Virus record (IMG/VR): IMGVR_UViG_3300045988_163643
Location: 96,001-160,000 of that record
Direction: 5' to 3' (one strand)
DNA length: 64,000 nucleotides
From: a virus
Positions within the stretch are counted from its first letter, which is position 1. Each line of letters opens with the position of its first letter. The translations under genes and the position numbers were made by a program. A model generated the notes under the pieces. The model did not search any database, was not told the DNA's origin, and was given only the letters and a program-made list of their open reading frames with translations. This document shows, one piece after another, positions 49,901 to 57,787 of the stretch.

Positions 49901-52900
49901 TGATGAAATATTAAAGAAGTTAAAAGAAACAGATGGGCAAGAAAGTAATCCTAAAATAAACGTAGAAGGAGATACTTCAGGTGCCGAGAAAGTAAAAAAA
50001 GAAGTAGATGAAGTAGGCAATAAAAAAGGGACAGCTAAAGCTGATGTAGATGGAGATACTTCAGGAGCTGAAAAAGTAGAAAAAGAAGTAGACAATGTAA
50101 ATGGAAAAAAAGGTACTGCTGAAGCAAATGTGGATGGCAATACTGAAGGTGCTGAAAAAGTAGAAAAAGAAGTAGACAATGTAAATGGGAAAAAAGGTAC
50201 TGCTAATGTAGATATTAAAGCAGATACCTCTGAAGCTGAAAAAGCTAAAAAAGAAGTAGATAATTTAGCAGTCAACAAAAATGGTACAGTTACTTTATTA
50301 GTAAATGGTCAAGAAAAAATAGCTGAAGCTAAAATTAATAAAGGTCAATTAGAAGTAAATGGTCAAGCAGTTACAACTATTTCTGTTAACGGTAAAGACC
50401 AATTACCAATAGCTATTAATGAAAAAGGTCAATTAGAAGTAAATGGTCAAGCTATAACTAATATAGATGTTAATGGTAAAGACCAATTAACTTTAGCTAG
50501 AAATGAAAAAGGTCAATTAGAAGTAAATGGTCAAGCTATAACTAATATAGATGTTAATGGTAAAGACCAATTAACTTTAGCTAGAAATGAAAAAGGTCAA
50601 TTAGAAGTAAATGGTCAAGCTATAACTAATATAGATGTTAATGGTAAAGAAAAAGTTTCTGAAGCAAAAAAAGAAGTTGATGATTTAACCAAAGATAATA
50701 AAAATGTTAGTATTAATATTGATGTTTCATTAAAAGAAACTGTTGGTGAAATATTATCAAGATTTGGATTAAATAAGAAAACAGAAAATGTTGAAATTAA
50801 TGTAACATGTAATGATAATGCAACTCCAGTATTAGAAAAAATAATGGCAAGACAAGATAAAACTATACAAATAAAAGTAGATTGTCAAGATAATGCAACT
50901 TCTAAAATAAACAATATAACTAAAATAGGAAATAAAACTGTAACAGTTACAATAAATTGTCAAGATAATGCAACTTCTAAAATAAATAGTATAGCTAGTA
51001 TGGGTAATAAATCTGTAACAGTTACTATAAATTGTCAAGACAACGCAAGTTCTACAATAAATAGAGTTACAAGTGCACCTTCTTCTAAAGCAATAAATGT
51101 TGTAGTAACTTGTACAAATGGTGGAGCAGTTCTTAATACTCTTTCTCAATTAGCTAGTAAAGTAATACCTAGTAAAAAATTTACTATAAATTGTACAGAT
51201 AGTGCTAGTAGTGTAGTAAGTAGAGTTAATGGTTTAAAAATATCTGATAAGAAATTTACTATAAATTGTACAGATAATGCAACTGCTAAAATAAATAAGG
51301 TTATTAGTAAAAAAATACCAAATAAATCATTTACTATAAGTTGTAATGATAATGCTAGTGGTAAATTAAGTAGTATTATAAGTAAAATAAGTAATATTCG
51401 TAGTAAATCAGTAACAATTACTACTAATCATGTAAGTACAGGTAAGAGTTCATCTATTGGTGAACCAACAGTTGTTGATTTACAACCTCAACCATTTAGT
51501 GCTCAAGCTTCTAATCCTCAAGTACAATCATTAGGAGAACAAGTTCAAGTATTAAATGATAGTGTGCAACAACAAACTGACAATAACAATGAAGTTAGTG
51601 TAATGGCTAAGAAGACATATAAAGCTAATATTGATACAGGTTTAACAGTAAGTGCAGTTAAATATAATATTGATTTATTAACTAACATGACTAATATGCT
51701 TAAAAAATTAGGAACTCAAGTTGATATATTAAAAGCTAAACAAGAAAGAACTTGGGGTACTGCAAGTGCTAAGTTACTTAGAAATCAAATTTCTTTACTA
51801 ACTAAACAACAAGATTTAACTAAAATAAATATTAAAAACATGGAAGGTATGGCTAAAAAACTTAAAGGTAGTTTACAAAAACAAGGATTTAAGTTTAAAG
51901 ATGACGGAACAATAAGTAATTACAATAGTAAACTTGTAAAAATGCAAAAAAATGTTGAAAGTTTAGAGAAAGCTGAAAAAGCACTAGAAGACCAAATAAG
52001 TAAAACTGAAAAACAAATTTCAAAATCTGAAAAGAAATCTTCAAGTAAGAAAAAATCAACTAGTAAGAAAAAGAAAAGTACTAGTAAGAAAAAGAGTACG
52101 AGCAAAAAGAAGAAAACTTCAAGTAAAAAGAAATCAACTAAGAAAAAGAGCACTAAGAAGAAAACTACTAAGAAGAAGAGTGCTAGTAGAAGCAATAGAA
52201 AAACTACATCAAGTAAAGCTAGTAAAAAGAAGACTACTAAGAAGAAAAAATCAACTAGTAAGAAAAAGAGTACATCAACTAAGAAGAAGAGTACTAAAAA
52301 GAGTACTAAAAAGAAAACTACTTCTAAGAAGAAATCAACCACTAAGAAGAAGAGTACATCTTCAAGCAAGAAATCAAAAGCAACTAAAGCATTAGAAAAG
52401 AAAAAGAGCGGATTAGAAAAGAAAAAGGATGCAATAAGCAAACAATTAGAAAAAGCACAAAAAGAATTATCAGAAACTCAAAGCAAATTAAATGAATATT
52501 ATAATTTACAATTTAGTGAAATTCCTGAAGCTCAACAACAATGGGAAGAATATGCTAATGCAATAGCTGAAGCTAAAGCAGAAATAATTAGATGTGAATT
52601 AGAAGCTAAAACATTCTTTAAGACAATTAAGATGGAAATGAAAGATGCTATGATTAGCAGAAATGAAACTTGGGCAGATACATTTATGTTGAAGGCTGAT
52701 TTAAGTAGTTGGTCTAAAGCAATAGGATATATTAAAGAAGCTAATAAATTATTAGCAAAAAATCAACAACATCAACAATCTAAATTAGAAACAGCTCAAG
52801 CAAGAGCGGAAGATAATAAAGCATTTTTAAAGAAACAAGGATTTAAATTTGATAAAAATGGATATGTAACAGGTGCTGAAAAAACTTTACAAAAACTTAA

Positions 52901-54402
52901 AAAGAAGAAATCATCACAAGAATACGATGCTATAAAAGAAGCATTTGATAGTTACGTTGATGATATGTATGAAAATATTCCTAAAGCTGAAAATGAATGG
53001 TGGAAATTAGAACAAGAAATAAAAGAAAATGAAAGACAAATAAAAGAAACTACTAAATCTATGAATGATTTAGTTAATTCAGCTAAAGTAGATAAATTAA
53101 CTAGACAATTTGATGTACTTTCAAATACTTTAGATATATTAGACCTTAAAATGGAACGTGCATATGGAGCTAATAAAATAGACTATATGAAACAACAACT
53201 TGATATATTATCTAATATGAAAAGTAAGAATCAAGAAATCATTAATCAAAATACTGAGTTATTAAATAATAGTAAGAAACAATTAGTTAAATATGGTGTT
53301 ACATTTGATGAAGATGGTAATATAGATAATCTATCAAAAGCATTGAAAAAATTAGATAATCTACAAGATATGGAAGATTTAAAAGATTTAGCTGATGAAT
53401 ATAATGATTACAAAGATTCAATAGATGATGCTAGTAAATCAATTGAAGAAGAAACTAATAAACAACTTGAATTAAAAGATTCAATGATGGAAATTAGAGA
53501 AGAAATGAGAAAACTTAGAGATGATGCATGGGTTAAAACTTATGAAAATGGTCTAAAAGTTATTCAAAATCGTATTGATACAATAGATTCTTTATTAGAT
53601 TTGGAAGATGAAAATCAATTTGGTTTACTAAATCAAAAAATTGAAGAATATAAGAATTTAACTAAAGCGACTGAGGATAGTTTGGCTTATCAAAAACATA
53701 GAAAAATCACTATGCAAAAAACATTGATTGATTATGGTTTCACTATTAATGATGATGGTACAATAGATGGAACTGCTAATAAATTAGAACAACTTAAAAA
53801 TACATTATCTGAAACTGAATTTGGTATAGTAAGTGATACATTAGAAGATTATTTTGATACTGCTTTAGATACAATTCCTGAATTAGAAAGAGAATTAATA
53901 AAATATCAAAAAGATTTAAAAGATATACAAAATACTAAACTAGAAAAGACTAAAACTATTGAAGAAAAAATTACTGAAATATATAATGATGAAATAGATA
54001 AAAGAACTAAAAAGATACAAGAAGAAGCAGAAACACAAACTAAAGCACTTAATAAAGCCAAAGAATCTTATCAGAGATGGAGAGACGAAGTTGACTATAA
54101 AGATGATTATAATAAACAATTAAAAACTGTTGAAGATTTACAAAAGAAAATAGAAATAGCAAAACGTGATGACAGCTTAACTGGACAAAAACGTTTAGCT
54201 GATTTGATGAAAGAATTAAAAGAAGAACAAGAAAATCTTGAAGATTTAGTTCAAGACAAAATAGATTCAGATATAAATAACATGTTTGATGACCAAATAG
54301 ATAAAATAGAAGAAAATTCTGATGAAGAAGTTAAGAATTTGGAAAAAACATGGTCAGAAAGCAAAATAGCTGAAATGGTTAAACAAGCACTTGATACTGG
54401 AG
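46915..54402 (+). CDS. tape measure protein, exon 3 of 5
   Basis: begins (S)LQDPARIGNGLKSIAINLSG..., the conserved TMP core; hydrophobic Gly-rich segment; several repeat arrays; the ORF-track start 47031 is internal. Confidence 0.8.
49961..50270 (+). repeat. about four imperfect 75-84-nt coding repeats
   Basis: encode (V/A)DGDTSGAEKVEKEVDNVNGKKGTA units. Confidence 0.6.
50337..50650 (+). repeat. 84-nt tandem repeat, 2 perfect copies plus a near-complete third and one degenerate leading copy
   Basis: GAAAAAGGTCAATTAGAAGTAAATGGTCAAGCTATAACTAATATAGATGTTAATGGTAAAGACCAATTAACTTTAGCTAGAAAT at 50421, 50505 and 50589 (third copy truncated). Confidence 0.85.
50790..51430 (+). repeat. about 8 diverged coding repeats (INCxDNAxxKIN units)
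   Basis: recurrent VTVTINCQDNATSKIN / FTINCTDNATAKIN peptides. Confidence 0.6.
52020..52430 (+). repeat. low-complexity Lys/Ser/Thr tract (about 125 aa) inside the tape measure
   Basis: SKKKSTSKKKKSTSKKKSTSKKKKTSSKKKSTKKK... Confidence 0.8.
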
Positions 54403-54749
54403 TAAATTAGCTCCTTTTACTAAGTAATTAGTATTAAAACTCATTGAATTGCTGGAACTTCCTAAAGCTAACTAAACTACAATATGGCTAGAAATGGCGA
54501 ATATGAATGTGGCGAAAGCAGAAAAAATTAGTTAGATATTCATATGGTTAAATCCTAAGTGAATGTAAATGGATAATCAGCAGGGAAGTCCCTTTAAAAT
54601 GGGAAACCTTCAACGACTATATATACTAGTAGTCTAGTTAGTGGTGAGCATCCTTATAGGATGATGATATAGTCTACTCTCATGTGAAAGCATGAGCAGT
54701 TCATAAGAGAACGGTATAAGGTTTAACGAACTTTATATGAATGTTAAGG
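54403..54749 (+). mobile_element. group I intron, family 1, ORF-less (347 nt)
   Basis: P1 GGAG(T)/(G)CTCC; core blocks; helix CTAACT/AGTTAG. Confidence 0.8.
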
Positions 54750-54840
54750 TGTTTACAGATATCGATGGGAATATAAAAACTCTTCAAACAGCATTAATGG
54801 ATTTTGCTAATGAAAGTTCTGATTATTTTGGAGTTATGGG
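54750..54840 (+). CDS. tape measure protein, exon 4 of 5 (91-nt micro-exon)
   Basis: encodes (V)FTDIDGNIKTLQTALMDFANESSDYFGVMG; open only in this frame; not in the ORF track. Confidence 0.65.
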
Positions 54841-55051
54841 TAATGTTGCCCTAGTCGTAGAGTAATTTGCGACTGAAAATAGATTTAATTGCAGGTAATT
54901 CCTAAAGCCTTACACCACAAGTATTCTGAAAAGAGATACTGAAGGTACGAAAGTAGAAAAAACGTAAGGATGAATATAAGGTTAAACCCTAAGTATTCGT
55001 AATAATGGATGTTCATGCAGGTAAGATTCTAAATTAAATTATTTTAAATAT

Positions 55052-55080
55052 TTGACTTTTAATAATAAAATGAGTATAAT
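55052..55080 (+). promoter_or_regulatory. phage-consensus promoter inside the intron
   Basis: TTGACT 55052-55057, 17-nt spacer, TATAAT 55075-55080; surrounding sequence identical to 45268-45345. Confidence 0.55.
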
Positions 55081-55102
55081 ATAAGTAAAGCGAGGTGATT
55101 AA

Positions 55103-56431
55103 ATGGCAAAAAGAAAAAGATATACATATCAAGATGTTAAAAATATTGTTGAAAATGAAAATTATGAATTAATAAGTACAGAAAATGAAATTATTGATGA
55201 AAAGGGATTTGTTAAAACATCAACTAAAATAACAGTATGGTGTAAAAATGAAAATCATAATTATATAAAACCTCAATTAAGTAAGTTTCTCAAAGGGGGT
55301 AGATGTGGAAAGTGCAGAAATGATAATAAAAAACTTGATTATAAATATGTAAAAGAATATGTTGAATCATTTGGATATAAATTATTATCAAAAGAGTATA
55401 AAAATAATTCAACGGATTTGTTAATTGAATGTCCATTAGAACATAAGTTTAAAATGATTTTTAATAATTTTAAAAAAGGACAAAGATGTCCCAAATGTGG
55501 TGAAATAAAAAGAAGAGAAAAAAGAACGATATGGAATAAAGAAAAAATAATTAATTTTGTGAAAAATAGTAATTATGAATTTATCAAATTTGTTAAATTT
55601 GACAAATTAAACTCAAGAATATTAATAAAATGTAATAATAAAAAACATGAGTCATATGAAGTTACTTTTGCTAATTTTAAAAATGGAAAAAGATGTCCGT
55701 ACTGTTCTAATCATGTAAAATTTGATTATAAATATGTAAAAGAATATATTGAATCATTTGGATACAAGTTATTATCAAAAGAATATAAAAATACAAATGA
55801 ATATATTTTAATAAAATGCCCTGATGAAAATCATAAACCTTATTTAGTTAAATTTTCTTCTTTTAAAAATCAAGAAACTAGATGTCCTTATTGTCAAAAT
55901 AAAAAAAGAGGATTATATAGAAAGTTTGATTATAAATATGTAAAAGAATATGTTGAATCATTTGGATATAAATTGTTATCAAAAGAATATAAAAATTGTG
56001 ATGAAAAACTAAAAATAGAATGTAATAAAGGACATATTTATGAAGTATCTTTTTATTGTTTTAAAAATTTAAATACAAGATGTCCTATATGTAATGAGAG
56101 CAAGGGAGAAATAAAAATAAGAGAGATACTTAATAAATATGATATAAAATTTACTCCTCAAAAGAAATATAGTAAATTAATTGGAATTAAAGGCAGACAA
56201 TTGTCTTATGATTTTTATTTACCTTTATATAACACATTGATAGAATATCAAGGAGAATATCATGATGGTACGGGATATAATCAAACTAAAGAAAAATTTG
56301 AAACCCAAAAAGAACACGATAAAAGAAAAAGAAATTACGCTAAAGACAATAACATAAAATTATTAGAAATATGGTATTATGATTTTGATAATATAGAAAA
56401 TATATTAATAAAAGAATTGAATTTAAAATAA
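55103..56431 (+). CDS. intron-encoded homing endonuclease: 5 zinc-ribbon repeats plus a Vsr/DUF559-like nuclease domain
   Basis: five (F)DYKYVKEY(V/I)ESFGYKLLSKEYKN...C....H......F.....RCP.C units; SYDFYLPLYNTLIEYQGEYHD...IKLLEIWYYD. Confidence 0.7.
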   Translation: MAKRKRYTYQDVKNIVENENYELISTENEIIDEKGFVKTSTKITVWCKNENHNYIKPQLSKFLKGGRCGKCRNDNKKLDYKYVKEYVESFGYKLLSKEYKNNSTDLLIECPLEHKFKMIFNNFKKGQRCPKCGEIKRREKRTIWNKEKIINFVKNSNYEFIKFVKFDKLNSRILIKCNNKKHESYEVTFANFKNGKRCPYCSNHVKFDYKYVKEYIESFGYKLLSKEYKNTNEYILIKCPDENHKPYLVKFSSFKNQETRCPYCQNKKRGLYRKFDYKYVKEYVESFGYKLLSKEYKNCDEKLKIECNKGHIYEVSFYCFKNLNTRCPICNESKGEIKIREILNKYDIKFTPQKKYSKLIGIKGRQLSYDFYLPLYNTLIEYQGEYHDGTGYNQTKEKFETQKEHDKRKRNYAKDNNIKLLEIWYYDFDNIENILIKELNLK

Positions 56432-56607
56432 TTTAACAAGAATAAACTTCAACGACTAGAACGCAAGTTCGTAGGGTGTAAGCGATTGACACTCGAAAAG
56501 GTCTACCCTTAATATTAAGGTGAAGAAATAGTCTAGTCACTCTAGGAAACTAGGTGCTTAGAATTAACTAAGGTTTATAGTGTAGCGACTATAAATAAAT
56601 ATTAACG

Positions 56608-56917
56608 TGATAGCTTAAAGAAAGAATTATTAGACAATCTTAATGTAGCATTGGAAACTATGAAAGAACTTCAAAAAATGTCAGATAATTATACAGCTCC
56701 TAATATAGATTATAGTAATACGGTACTTCCAAAAGATAGTACTATTAATACTTCTCCACAAGTTTCTAGTAATGTTGAAACTAATAATATTACAATTGGA
56801 GATACAAATATTACAATTCAAGGTAGTGCAGATGATGTTACTTTAGGAAAAGTAGATGAAATGTTAAAAGATTACAAAGCAAGTATTTGTAAGGAAATTG
56901 TTAAAAATATGAAATAA
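56608..56917 (+). CDS. tape measure protein, exon 5 of 5
   Basis: junction gives GVMG-DSLKKELLDNLN...; the five exons total 13,152 nt (4,383 aa). Confidence 0.7.
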
Positions 56918-56923
56918 ATTTAC

Positions 56924-56960
56924 GAAGGAAGGGTTAAAATATAACTCTTCCTTCTTATTT
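56924..56960 (+). terminator. stem-loop terminator after the tape measure gene
   Basis: GAAGGAAG/CTTCCTTC stem followed by a T-rich tract. Confidence 0.45.
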
Positions 56961-56993
56961 TATATATGTAAGATAAAAGAAAGGAGAAAGAAT

Positions 56994-57776
56994 ATGGCAA
57001 GTAGTTTTTGGAATGGGGAATTTTATTTTGATAATGTATATTCTGAAACTTTCAATGTTGTAATAATTGATTTTGATAGTTCGGATAGACTAAAACAAAT
57101 AGGAAGTACAATTAATATAGAATTAAATGAAGAAAATACACTTAATGGAAAAAAGAGTTATATTGAAGGAACTCGCACTTCTGAAAATATAATTTTACAA
57201 TTAATGAAAAAAAATGGTGATATATGGAGTGATGGAGATATAATCAATGTATATAATTGGTTATTCCAAAAAGATTTTAAAAAATTCCAAACAGTAGATT
57301 ATTCTAGTGGATATAATCTATGTTATTATTTAAAAGCAGTAAGTTTTTCAAAATTTTTAACTCCTGATTTTAGGGGTTATTTAGAAATAGAATTTATGAG
57401 TTATGCTCCTTATTGCTATTCTATACCAACAAACAGACTTAGTTTGAGTGCCAATGGTCAATCAGGTGTTTTATTTAATTATAGTAATCTATATGAAACA
57501 TATAAACCAAAAATTAAAATAACTGCTTCAAATAGTGATAATATTAAAATATTAAATAATACAAATGGTACTTTTGTAGAATTAAGTGGATTAAACAGTG
57601 GAGAAATAGTTACAGTAGATTGTGCTATGGGAACTGTAATAAACAGTGGTGGAGCTAATAGATTTGAAACATTAAAAAATTATAATTTATTAGAACTAGA
57701 TAAAGGAAATAATAATATAACACTTACTGGAAGTGCAAATATAGAATTTATTTGCGAATTTCCTGTAATTATATAG
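56994..57776 (+). CDS. distal tail protein (Dit)-like
   Basis: 260-aa ORF immediately after the tape measure gene; assigned by position. Confidence 0.55.
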   Translation: MASSFWNGEFYFDNVYSETFNVVIIDFDSSDRLKQIGSTINIELNEENTLNGKKSYIEGTRTSENIILQLMKKNGDIWSDGDIINVYNWLFQKDFKKFQTVDYSSGYNLCYYLKAVSFSKFLTPDFRGYLEIEFMSYAPYCYSIPTNRLSLSANGQSGVLFNYSNLYETYKPKIKITASNSDNIKILNNTNGTFVELSGLNSGEIVTVDCAMGTVINSGGANRFETLKNYNLLELDKGNNNITLTGSANIEFICEFPVII

Positions 57777-57787
57777 TAGGTGATTAA

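Larger units (their letters stand above)
54841..56607 (+). mobile_element. group I intron, family 1, carrying a homing endonuclease (1,767 nt)
   Basis: P1 GGG(T)/(G)CCC; core blocks; helix CCTTAC/GTAAGG. Confidence 0.8.

Noticed and set aside
50337-50650. Regular 84-bp direct repeats that could superficially resemble a CRISPR array
   Set aside because: The repeats are contiguous with no spacers, lie in frame inside the tape measure ORF, and encode a repeated peptide. No cas genes are present.
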